DNA of 64,000 nt from an uncultured bacterium (GTDB lineage Bacteria > Planctomycetota > UBA1135 > GCA-002686595). Shown here in pieces: positions 19,665 to 28,421 of the stretch. The stretch spans positions 128,001 to 192,000 of the forward strand of contig CALSNU010000004.1 in assembly GCA_943787795.1 (NCBI GenBank), in the 5' to 3' direction. Every line of letters starts with the position of its first letter. The first letter of the stretch is position 1. The notes under the pieces are model-generated. The model saw only the letters and a program-made list of their open reading frames with translations. It did no database searches and was not told the DNA's origin. The position numbers were made by a program, and so were the translations under genes.

Positions 19665-22600
19665 TCAACGACTCCCTTCAGGATCCAGATCGCCACCGAC
19701 CCCGGGGGCCTCCCCAGAGGTGTCCCCAGAGGTGTCTTCAGCAGCGGGCCCAGCAGCGGGCGCCGGAGCAGGTCCTGCAGCGGGCGCCGGAGCGACAATC
19801 TCCCGGGTGCTGGTCACCCAGACATCGACGGCGTTGAGGCCCAAGGGAAGCGGCTCGAGAAGCTCGCCGTGCAGCCGCTCAAGCTCGCGGCGCGCGCGCT
19901 CCGCGAGCAGTCGATCCGGCAGCTCAGCGATCAACGAGAGCAGGAAGAGCCGCGCCTCCTTGGTCCCGCCGAGATCGAACTCCGCCCTGGGCGGGTAGCC
20001 GATGTTTCGCCGCTCCAGGGCCGCGAGGAACCAGGAGAACGGGTCCCTGCGATCCACCTCATCCCACCACTGGAACCAGCTCTCTGCGGGGAGCCCGTCA
20101 CTGCGGTAGTCCACGCAGGTCAGGATGACGAGCTCCTCGCCGGCCCGAACGTCATCAGGGTCCTCGGCGAGCGTCCGCGCGAGGACGTTGACCGCCCGCG
20201 GTTCGAGCTGACGCGCGAGCAGCAGGGCCGCCTCGCGGCGGAGCGTGGAGTCCGGCGAGCGCATGGCGCTGAAGACCTCGTCGGAGGCCAGCGCCCCCAG
20301 CTGCAGGAGTCCCGTGCGAGCCTGGGCTCGGATCGACGGCCGCGAGCTACCGCGCAAGAGCGAGACCAGCAGCGGCGCCGCCTCCACGTCGCCGATGGTC
20401 GCGAGCCCTTCGGCCGCCGGCAGGTGGTAGCGCTCGTCCGGGGAGGTGATCCCGCGAACCAGCGCGTCGATCGCGCCGGGGCCGCCGATACGCCCGATGG
20501 AGCGCAGGGCCGCGGTCCGGATCATCGGGATCTCTGATTCGGTGAGCGCCAACACCCGCCCCTGGGCGGCTTCCGCCTTGCGGGCACCCAGGGCCAGGAT
20601 GGCGGCGACCTGGACGTCAGGATCCCGGTCTCCGAGGAGCCCGACGAGGAGGTCGAGGTCCTGCTCTTCCTCTCCCTCACCCAGCGCGCCCGCTGCGGCG
20701 ACACGAAGGAGACCGCGCCGGTCCACAGCAGCGACCAGGACCGCCTCGCGCCCCTGCTCTGCCAGGAGCCTCCTGATGGCCGGCAGGGCCGAGGGTCCGA
20801 ACCTGTCGTGGAGCGTCGCGATGATCTGCGTGGTCACCTCCGCCGAGAGCTCGTCCGCGCCGGAGGCGGCGGCAGTCCTGAGGAGGTCGACCAGGGAGCG
20901 CGACCGGTTGTTGAAGCGCGGCTCGTCGACCAGGAGGTCGAGCATCGGCGGGATGTCGTCCGCGACCAGGACATCGCCTGAAGCGGAGATCCGAACGAGT
21001 TCAGCGAGCCCCTCATCCCGGTCGTCCGGCTGCACCGAGAGCAGGTGACGCAGGACCAGCGACTTCAGGCGGGCGGTGCGCTCCGACGGCTCCCGCGCGG
21101 CGGCCCACCAGTCGACCTCCTCGAGGAAGAGCGAGGGGGCGTCCGCATGCTCGCCTGCGACCGGGAAGTGCTGCCAGCTGTTCTGCTCTCTCAGCCCCTC
21201 GAGCCGGACGAGGGTCCGGTCGAACCAGGCGGAGCTGCGACCCACTCCGAAGCGGAAGCTCTTGCTCCCGCTGCTCGTGGCGACACGGAGCTGCCTGCCC
21301 TCGGTGCCGATGGCTCCGCGCGGGCCGGGCAGTAGCTCGGCGCTGAAGACACCCTCCTCCCGAAGGAGCGTGCAGAGCTCAGTGGACTGGGGGGCCGTGA
21401 GGAAGCTCACCTCGCCGAGCCGCGCGAGGGCGGGGTAGCCGGGCTCCTCCCCCGCATCGAGCACCATCCACTCGGGGTCGGACGCGAGAGCGCGGCCGGC
21501 GAGGATGTAGCGCGAACCGGTGCCGAGATCCTCGAAGGTGACCACGATGCGCTGCTCTTCTTCGGCCGAGACCTCGATCACCGAGCGAGAGGCGCGGAAG
21601 CCGATCTTGCCCTCGCTCCACCAGCGGGCCCAGGCCGGCCCGTTGCTCCCGTGGCTCACGCCGGTGATCCGACGCAATCGGCGCAGGGCAGGGTCTCGGA
21701 CGACCTCGAAGCCGTCGAAGAAGGTGAACCCCGCGGCGACCCCCACCAGCACCGAGGGAACGGAGACGTCCAGCCACCGAGTGGCCTCGCTCCTCGGGCT
21801 ACGGAAGCCGATGCCGGCCAGGGCCACTGCGCAGGACGCCTGGACCAGGGGGAGTGGGCTCTGAAGCCCGCGCACCAGGGGGGCCGTGTGCTGGGGTCCG
21901 AGGATCGCCCGGGCCTGCCGGTCTTCGCGTTCCGTGATGGCGATGAGGAGCATCGCCTCACGCCGAAGGATCTCGCCACGCTCCATGGCCCGCCGCAGCA
22001 ACTCGAAGTCGATCTCGTCGCCCTGCCGGCCGCGCAGGGCGCGAACCGCGATGGCGGCCACACCGGAGCTCCGGTCGCTCACACGGTCCACCAGGAGCCG
22101 GTTCACTTCTGGGCCCTCCAATCCAGCGAGCAGCTCCGTGGCGGCCCGACGCACGTCCGATCGGCGGTCCGTCAGCGCAGGCCCCAGGAGGCCGGCGTTC
22201 TTGCTGTCCAGCTTCGGTCTCAGCTCGCGCTTCGCGGTTCGGCGGAGAGGGCCGCTGTCGTGTCGAAGCAGCTTCGCGAGGAGCTCCGTGTTCCCTCGCA
22301 CGGGGTCGTTGGCCACGAGGAACTCGAGGGTGGGCGGCGCCGAGAGCCCGGGCATCTTGCCCTGCAGAAGTCGCACCACGTCGTCACCGTCGCTGGCGCT
22401 CCCCGCCTGGATGAGCGCGCGTCCGCCGGCATACGCCAGGACATCCCTGTTCTCCCGGAGGGCGAAGCGAGCCACCTCGACGCCGTCGGCGCCGAGCCGC
22501 GCGAGGCGGTCCGCCGCCTCGGCCACGGCGGGATCCCCCACCCTCGGGGCCGCGAGGAGCTGCTCGTAGAGGAAACGCGCTGAGTTCCTGGTTGACGGAA

Positions 22601-23039
22601 AGCCCACCGGCACCGGGACCGAGGACAGCGGCGTTACGGCCGGCGCAGGGATCCCGAGCGGGGCGGTCGCCTCGGGGGGGGCGGCGACCCCGGGCAAGCT
22701 GAGGGGCGGCTGGTCCCTCCGGCCTTCGCTGGGGATGCTCAGGGAACCGCGCCTCGACTGAGCTCCGACCGGGACGTTGACGCTCCGTGTGGTCACCTGG
22801 CCACCCTCGATCGGGCGGCCCTCAGCGTCCACGAGGGCCTTGACCTTGACCTTCTCTCCGGTGGAGGGGCCGGAGACATCCCCTCCCAGGTTGCTGGTCA
22901 CAGGCCGGCCGATCTTGCCGCTGCCCTGCTGAGCCCTGCTGGAGCGCTTGGAGGGGAGGTCGAGCTGGGGCGCGGCCCAGAGAACGCTCGGCGTCCCTAG
23001 AAAGAGCGTGAGGAGAAGCAGGTGGCGCGTCATGGGCAT
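19665..23039 (-). CDS. Large exported HEAT-repeat protein
   Basis: Signal peptide; many L.D....VR.AA..ALG repeats in two blocks. Confidence 0.8.
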   Translation of the reverse strand: MPMTRHLLLLTLFLGTPSVLWAAPQLDLPSKRSSRAQQGSGKIGRPVTSNLGGDVSGPSTGEKVKVKALVDAEGRPIEGGQVTTRSVNVPVGAQSRRGSLSIPSEGRRDQPPLSLPGVAAPPEATAPLGIPAPAVTPLSSVPVPVGFPSTRNSARFLYEQLLAAPRVGDPAVAEAADRLARLGADGVEVARFALRENRDVLAYAGGRALIQAGSASDGDDVVRLLQGKMPGLSAPPTLEFLVANDPVRGNTELLAKLLRHDSGPLRRTAKRELRPKLDSKNAGLLGPALTDRRSDVRRAATELLAGLEGPEVNRLLVDRVSDRSSGVAAIAVRALRGRQGDEIDFELLRRAMERGEILRREAMLLIAITEREDRQARAILGPQHTAPLVRGLQSPLPLVQASCAVALAGIGFRSPRSEATRWLDVSVPSVLVGVAAGFTFFDGFEVVRDPALRRLRRITGVSHGSNGPAWARWWSEGKIGFRASRSVIEVSAEEEQRIVVTFEDLGTGSRYILAGRALASDPEWMVLDAGEEPGYPALARLGEVSFLTAPQSTELCTLLREEGVFSAELLPGPRGAIGTEGRQLRVATSSGSKSFRFGVGRSSAWFDRTLVRLEGLREQNSWQHFPVAGEHADAPSLFLEEVDWWAAAREPSERTARLKSLVLRHLLSVQPDDRDEGLAELVRISASGDVLVADDIPPMLDLLVDEPRFNNRSRSLVDLLRTAAASGADELSAEVTTQIIATLHDRFGPSALPAIRRLLAEQGREAVLVAAVDRRGLLRVAAAGALGEGEEEQDLDLLVGLLGDRDPDVQVAAILALGARKAEAAQGRVLALTESEIPMIRTAALRSIGRIGGPGAIDALVRGITSPDERYHLPAAEGLATIGDVEAAPLLVSLLRGSSRPSIRAQARTGLLQLGALASDEVFSAMRSPDSTLRREAALLLARQLEPRAVNVLARTLAEDPDDVRAGEELVILTCVDYRSDGLPAESWFQWWDEVDRRDPFSWFLAALERRNIGYPPRAEFDLGGTKEARLFLLSLIAELPDRLLAERARRELERLHGELLEPLPLGLNAVDVWVTSTREIVAPAPAAGPAPAPAAGPAAEDTSGDTSGEAPGVGGDLDPEGSR

Positions 23040-23135
23040 AGGCAGAGGGGGCCTCGATGGATCCGGTACCCCGCTGAAGGGGCAGAGGATACACCCGAAT
23101 CGGGGGGCCCGACGGGAACGGGAGCGGGATCGGGG

Positions 23136-23813
23136 TCAACGCCCGTGCAGGCCACACCAGGGGCGGCAAGAGGGCCCATGCCCCTCCTCGCGCTCCCGAT
23201 ACGCTGAGCTCCTCAACCAGGCGATCAGATTGCGACGCCTCCCCCGAAGGATGGGATCCACCCGGTGTCGCTGCCGCCCCGCGTGGAGCACCGCCAGACC
23301 GGGCTGGTGCTCGATCTCGATCACCTCCGAGTCCGCCACCGGCGTCTGCCGGTGCACGTCGCAGCGGGCGCCGAGCAGCACCAGCTCCGCGCCGGAGAAC
23401 TCCTCGCCAAGGCAGAGGTTCAAGGTCACCTCGCTGTCGTCCACGTGGAACCCGAGGTCCTCGTCGAGCTCCCGTCCGTACTCGACCAGGTAGCTGTGGT
23501 GGTGATCGATCTCGCCGCCACCCTGGAGGGGGAAGTGGGCCGTGATGAGCGGCGACAGGTGACGGCTGAGCTGGTCGACGAGGCCGTCCAGGCCGATGCT
23601 GCCCAGCATGACCCCATGGTCATGCATGGAGCTCGGCGGGCGCTGGGCAGCGAGGGAGCGACGCCGCTCCTCGATCTCCGCCAGCACGGCCTCGCAGGAC
23701 GAGGGGGTCAGCAGCGGCACCAGCAGCACCCCCGGGGCCAGCACGACCTCCTCACCCGAGACGACTTCCGTCGCGCTCAGCTCGAACTCCTCGAATCCTC
23801 CAGGGCTCTGCAC
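23136..23813 (-). CDS. 2OG-Fe(II) oxygenase, OGFOD2/ICU11-like
   Basis: HxD (FHVDDSEVTLN), distal H (RQRH), R..L..W; 10 nt after the recG stop. Confidence 0.85.
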   Translation of the reverse strand: MQSPGGFEEFELSATEVVSGEEVVLAPGVLLVPLLTPSSCEAVLAEIEERRRSLAAQRPPSSMHDHGVMLGSIGLDGLVDQLSRHLSPLITAHFPLQGGGEIDHHHSYLVEYGRELDEDLGFHVDDSEVTLNLCLGEEFSGAELVLLGARCDVHRQTPVADSEVIEIEHQPGLAVLHAGRQRHRVDPILRGRRRNLIAWLRSSAYREREEGHGPSCRPWCGLHGR

Positions 23814-23822
23814 GGCGTACCC

Positions 23823-25835
23823 TCAGCTCCCGAGGAAGTGCTGGACGAGGTCGGGCCGCTCCTGGAACAGGTCGCGCGCCGCGATCAGGAGCGGCAGGTC
23901 ACGATCGGGGTCGATCAGTCCCTCGAGGTTGTCCCCGGACTGGCGGAGCCCGAGCAGGTCCCCCATGCCCCGCTGGCGCAGGTCCTCCTCCGCCAGCTCG
24001 AAGCCGTCTCGCGAGCGCTCCAGCAGGCGGAACTTCTCCTCCGCCTTCTTGTCCCCGAGCAGGAAGCAGTACGACGCCTTGCTGCCGCGCCCCACGCGGC
24101 CTCGAAGCTGGTGTAGCTGCGCGAGCCCGAGCCGATGCGCGTCCTCGATCACCATGACCGTCGCGTTGGAGACGTCGACCCCCACCTCGACCACGGTCGT
24201 CGCGACGACGGTCGCCACCTCGCCGCGCCGGAAGCGATCAAGCCGATGCCCGCGCTCAGGGGCGGGTAGCCGGCCGTGGACCAGCTCGATGCCAGCTGCG
24301 GAGAACCCGGGGCGCGCCTGGAGGTCAGCGTGCCGCCGCTCCGCGCTCACCGCGGAGGCCGCCTCCTCTCCCTCGCCGTCGCCGCCGATTCGCGGCACCA
24401 CCCAATAGATCTGCTCACCGGCCTCGAGCCGCTCGCGCAGGAAGCGCGGCATCTTGCGGCGGTCGTCACCCCGGGCCCAGCGGGTCACGATCTCCCCGCG
24501 CCCCGGCGGGAGACCGTCCAGAACCGACACCTCGAGGTCGCCGTAGACCGTCAGCGCGAGCGTCCGCGGGATCGGTGTCGCGGTCATGAGCAGCACGTGG
24601 ACCTCGTCCCCCTTGGCCGCCAGCTGCTCCCTCTGGGCCACCCCGAAGCGGTGCTGCTCATCGATCACCGCGAGGTCCAGCCGCCGGAACTGGATGTCCT
24701 TGGAGAAGAGCGCGTGGGTGCCAAAGGCGACGTCGATCTCTCCGGCCTTCAGCCGCTCGACCGCGGCCCGCCGCTCGCCCGAGCGCATGGCGCCAGTGAT
24801 CAGGCAGGTCCGCAGGCCCTGCGCCTCGAGGATCGGCGCGAGCCCGTAGGCGTGCTGGGAGGCCAGCACCTCTGTGGGCGCCATGACCGCCACCTGGCCG
24901 CCGTTCTCTGCGACTCCCATGGCCGCGTAGGCCGCGACGGCGGTCTTGCCCGCGCCCACGTCCCCTTGCAGCAACCGGCGCATCGGGCGGGTACGTCCGA
25001 GGTCGGCGCGGATCTCCCCCACGACCTTCGCCTGGGCTTCGGTCAGCTCAAACGGGAAGCGAGACAGGATGTTCTCGTGGGTGGACCCGCTGATACGCGC
25101 TGCCCGCGCTGCGCCCGACAGTGAGCGGCGCCGGGCCTGGCACCGGGCCTGCAGCACGAGGATCGGCTGGAGCCCGAAGCGGCGGCGGGCTCGCTCGAAC
25201 TCCGCCACGCTCTTCGGTCGATGGAGGCTGAAGGCCGACTCCCTGGCGGGCAGCGCGGCGGCGCGCTCCAGGAAGACCTCGGGGAGCGGCTCGGTCAGCT
25301 GGTCGCCGAAGCGATCCAGGGCGTCCTGGATCAACCCGCCCACCACCTCGCCGGAGATCCCGTCTCCGCCGGCGTACTCGGGTGCGAGGGTGCCCGGCGG
25401 CGGGAGCGGGCGCTCCTCCGTCCCGAGCCGCGGTGAGGCGAGGCCCGGGCCGCGGACGTCGACGACCTGGCCGTGCGCGATCACCTCCGAGCCCGGAGAG
25501 AGCTGCTCCTTCATCCACGGCTGGTTGAAGAACACGAGGTCCATCTCCGCCGTCCCGTCCTCGAGCGTGGCCCGGACGAGGGAGCGCTTGCCACCGATCC
25601 GCTGGAGGACCGAGCGCCGGATCGTGCCCTGCAGGGTGACGCGCTCCCCCTTCCGCCCGCGGGCCGCGCGGATCGACTCCGGCTCCGGCCAGACCACGAG
25701 CCGCACCGGCTGGGTCAGGAGCAGGTCGCGAATGGAGCGGATCCCAAGGCGCGCGAGCCGCGCCGCCTTGGCGTGACCGACCCCCTTGAGCTCGGTCAGG
25801 GGGCCGATGGCCTCGTCCTGAACGGCGCCGCTCAC
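23823..25835 (-). CDS. recG: ATP-dependent DNA helicase RecG
   Basis: RLLQGDVGAGKT, IDEQHRFGV, MTATPIPRTL, QLHQLRGRVGRG, DGFELAEEDL. Confidence 0.96.
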   Translation of the reverse strand: MSGAVQDEAIGPLTELKGVGHAKAARLARLGIRSIRDLLLTQPVRLVVWPEPESIRAARGRKGERVTLQGTIRRSVLQRIGGKRSLVRATLEDGTAEMDLVFFNQPWMKEQLSPGSEVIAHGQVVDVRGPGLASPRLGTEERPLPPPGTLAPEYAGGDGISGEVVGGLIQDALDRFGDQLTEPLPEVFLERAAALPARESAFSLHRPKSVAEFERARRRFGLQPILVLQARCQARRRSLSGAARAARISGSTHENILSRFPFELTEAQAKVVGEIRADLGRTRPMRRLLQGDVGAGKTAVAAYAAMGVAENGGQVAVMAPTEVLASQHAYGLAPILEAQGLRTCLITGAMRSGERRAAVERLKAGEIDVAFGTHALFSKDIQFRRLDLAVIDEQHRFGVAQREQLAAKGDEVHVLLMTATPIPRTLALTVYGDLEVSVLDGLPPGRGEIVTRWARGDDRRKMPRFLRERLEAGEQIYWVVPRIGGDGEGEEAASAVSAERRHADLQARPGFSAAGIELVHGRLPAPERGHRLDRFRRGEVATVVATTVVEVGVDVSNATVMVIEDAHRLGLAQLHQLRGRVGRGSKASYCFLLGDKKAEEKFRLLERSRDGFELAEEDLRQRGMGDLLGLRQSGDNLEGLIDPDRDLPLLIAARDLFQERPDLVQHFLGS

Positions 25836-27124
25836 GCCCCCGACCCCGCGCTGGCGCTCGCCGAGACCGCGGGTCCCTGCTCCATGACCCGCCGCTCGAC
25901 GCTACGGAGCAGCGTCCACGTCAAGATCGCGGCGAGGAGGTAGAGCCCGACGGTCGTACACATCAGCACAGCGTAATCATCCGAGGTGGCGTCAAGCACG
26001 CGCCCCGCCACCAGCGGGCCCACGACCCACCCCACGCCCCAGAGCGTGGCGTTGACACCGGTCTGGACCTCCCTCGCGCCGGGGGGGGTCGCCTGCATCA
26101 TCAGGTTCTTGATGATCGGGTGGGTCGCGTTCATGAGCGCCCCGCGCATGAGGAACGCGAACATGGCGACGGGCAGACTGGTGGTGAAGGCCAGGGCAAG
26201 GAAGAACGGAAGCGAGGACAGTTCGATCGCCACCATGCTCTTCACGAAGCCGAGGCGGGCGAGGATGAACGGGGTCATGAGGAACCCGCCAGTCATCAAT
26301 ACCTGACCGCTGGCGAACAGGTAGCCCCACCCGTCTGGGCCGACACCGAAGCGCTCCTGGAAGTAAGTGGGCAGGAAGGGGATGCAGAACCCCGCGCCGC
26401 ACGCGATCAAGAACTGGGGAGCGGCGAAGCGCATCAGCAGCGCCGCGTTCTCGCGGACGACGGGCAACACCCGGGCGCCCACGGGCATGGACGGCTCAGG
26501 GTCGTCGATGCGGGCGTAGAAGAGCGCTGCGATGAGCGAGCAAACGCCAGCGGCGCTGATCACCGCGTTGGTGGCAGGGACCTCCCCACCCAGGGGTTCC
26601 GACAGGCGCGCCACCACGAACCCGGCGAGCCCCGCCCCCACCACGGCTGCCAGCGTCCGTGCCGCCTCCGCGAGGGAGAAGGCCCCCGCCCGATCGAGCT
26701 GGCTCGTATGCCGGAACAGGAACGGGGCGATGGCCACGTAGTGGACCGTCATGGCGAGGCCCGCGACGAAGTTCGCGGCGTACATCCAGCGCAGGGAGGG
26801 GAGGTGCGGGAGCACGAGGTACACGGCTCCAGCGATGAGCGCCGAGAGGACGAACACCCCGCGCGCCGGACGACGCGCGAGCAGGAAGGCGGCGGGCAGC
26901 GCCACGGCGACCTTCCCCCAGCTGTCGAGGGACTGGAAGGTCCCGATCTCGGTCTTCGTGTACCCCTGGACATTGAGCCAGCGGGTGAGGAAGGACCACG
27001 TCACGGCCTGGGCCGCCCCCATGAAGGCGGAGCCGTACAGGTACGCGCGCGCCGCTGGCTGGAGCTGTCGGAAGGTCTCGGGGATGGACACGGGGCGATA
27101 CGGGTCAAGACCGATCCTCGCCAC
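25832..27124 (-). CDS. MFS transporter
   Basis: About 12 hydrophobic helices; stop overlaps the recG GTG start. Confidence 0.85.
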   Translation of the reverse strand: MARIGLDPYRPVSIPETFRQLQPAARAYLYGSAFMGAAQAVTWSFLTRWLNVQGYTKTEIGTFQSLDSWGKVAVALPAAFLLARRPARGVFVLSALIAGAVYLVLPHLPSLRWMYAANFVAGLAMTVHYVAIAPFLFRHTSQLDRAGAFSLAEAARTLAAVVGAGLAGFVVARLSEPLGGEVPATNAVISAAGVCSLIAALFYARIDDPEPSMPVGARVLPVVRENAALLMRFAAPQFLIACGAGFCIPFLPTYFQERFGVGPDGWGYLFASGQVLMTGGFLMTPFILARLGFVKSMVAIELSSLPFFLALAFTTSLPVAMFAFLMRGALMNATHPIIKNLMMQATPPGAREVQTGVNATLWGVGWVVGPLVAGRVLDATSDDYAVLMCTTVGLYLLAAILTWTLLRSVERRVMEQGPAVSASASAGSGA

Positions 27125-27245
27125 GTATGAGCGATCGGGGCGTCAAGGCGTGGCGCCCCGCGGGCCAAGCCGTCGGAGTCCGACGGGCGATGGCTCGCGG
27201 ATGCAGCGGCTTGGCGGACTTGAGGCCAACCGAGCCGCCGCTCGC

Positions 27246-28253
27246 TCAGTCGTTGCTGCGCTGCCAGTCGCCGCCGCCACCGCCGCCGCCATGCTGGCCG
27301 CCGCCGCCGCCGCCGCGGTAGCCGCCGCCACCGCCGCCGCGGTAGCCGCCGCCACCGCCACCGCCGCCGCGGTAGCCGCCGCCACCGCCGCCGCCGCCGC
27401 GGTATCCACCGCCGCCGCCGCCGCGGTATCCACCGCCGCCGCCGCCGCGGTATCCGCCGCCGCCGCCGCCGCGGTATCCGCCGCCGCCGCCGCCGCGGTA
27501 TCCGCCGCCGCCGCCGCCGCGGTATCCGCCGCCGCCGCCGCCGCGGTATCCACCGCCGCCGCCGCCGCGGTAGCCACCGCCGCCGCCGCCGCGGTAGCCA
27601 CCGCCGCCGCCGCCGCGGTAACCGCCGCCGCCACCGCCGCCTTCACCCGGGGGCGTGGCGGGGCGCGCCTGCACGGCTCGACCGCGCACCTGAACGCCTG
27701 TGATCGAGCTGATGATCTGCTCGCCCTGGTCTTCGGGGACCTCGACGAAGCTATAGCGCGAGAAGATGTCGATCGAGCCGATCGAGGAGCCCTCGATCCC
27801 GGACTCTCCGGCGATGGCGCCGACGAGGTCGCCGGGGCGGACGCCGTCCATCCGGCCGACGTTGACGAAGAGGCGGGTCATCCCCTCCTCCACGGGCTTC
27901 CATCCCTGACCTTCTCCCTGGTCGTGATGGTCGTTGCCGCGCGGGCGGAACTCCGAGGTGCCCTGACCGCGGTACGGCGTGCTGTCGTCGCCTGCCGTGA
28001 CGGGGCGGACGACCTTGGCGTCCGGGCGGGACTTCTGAAGCTCGTAGCCGGCGATGCGCTCCAGCACCCCCGGCTCTTCGGCCCGTCGGGTCAGCCGCGC
28101 GCAGGCGGCGGCCACCTCGACCGGGGTCTTTCCGGACTCGCTCGCGACCTCCTTGACGAGGTCCTCGAAGAGTTCGAGGTTGCCTTCCTCGAGGCTGAGG
28201 ATCAGGGCGGACTTGAACTGCGCCAGGGGCGCCTCTTCAACGGCGTCGGACAT
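27246..28253 (-). CDS. Stand-alone DbpA-type RNA-binding domain protein with Gly/Tyr/Arg-rich tail
   Basis: MTRLFVNVGRMDGVRPGDLVGAIAGESGI...IGSIDIFSRYSFVEVP matches the DeaD/DbpA RBD; no helicase motifs. Confidence 0.85.
   Translation of the reverse strand: MSDAVEEAPLAQFKSALILSLEEGNLELFEDLVKEVASESGKTPVEVAAACARLTRRAEEPGVLERIAGYELQKSRPDAKVVRPVTAGDDSTPYRGQGTSEFRPRGNDHHDQGEGQGWKPVEEGMTRLFVNVGRMDGVRPGDLVGAIAGESGIEGSSIGSIDIFSRYSFVEVPEDQGEQIISSITGVQVRGRAVQARPATPPGEGGGGGGGYRGGGGGGYRGGGGGGYRGGGGGGYRGGGGGGYRGGGGGGYRGGGGGGYRGGGGGGYRGGGGGGYRGGGGGGYRGGGGGGGGYRGGGGGGGGYRGGGGGGYRGGGGGGQHGGGGGGGDWQRSND
27297..27641. repeat. 24-bp coding repeat, 13 GYR units (G6YR)
   Basis: 13 GCGGTA anchors counted, spaced 24 bp (twice 30 bp). 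Confidence 0.9.
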
Positions 28254-28421
28254 CGTCTTGGCCCACCCTCTTCGGGGCGGGCATGGGGGTCGAGTTGTGG
28301 GACTTGGAACAACGGGGACGGGCCCCGGTCGCGCTTTGCGGCGAGCAAGGCTACTCCCGGGCCTGGCACCAGCGGGGCCACGGGTCCCCAAAACTCGCCG
28401 GCGACCCGCACCGGGACCGGC

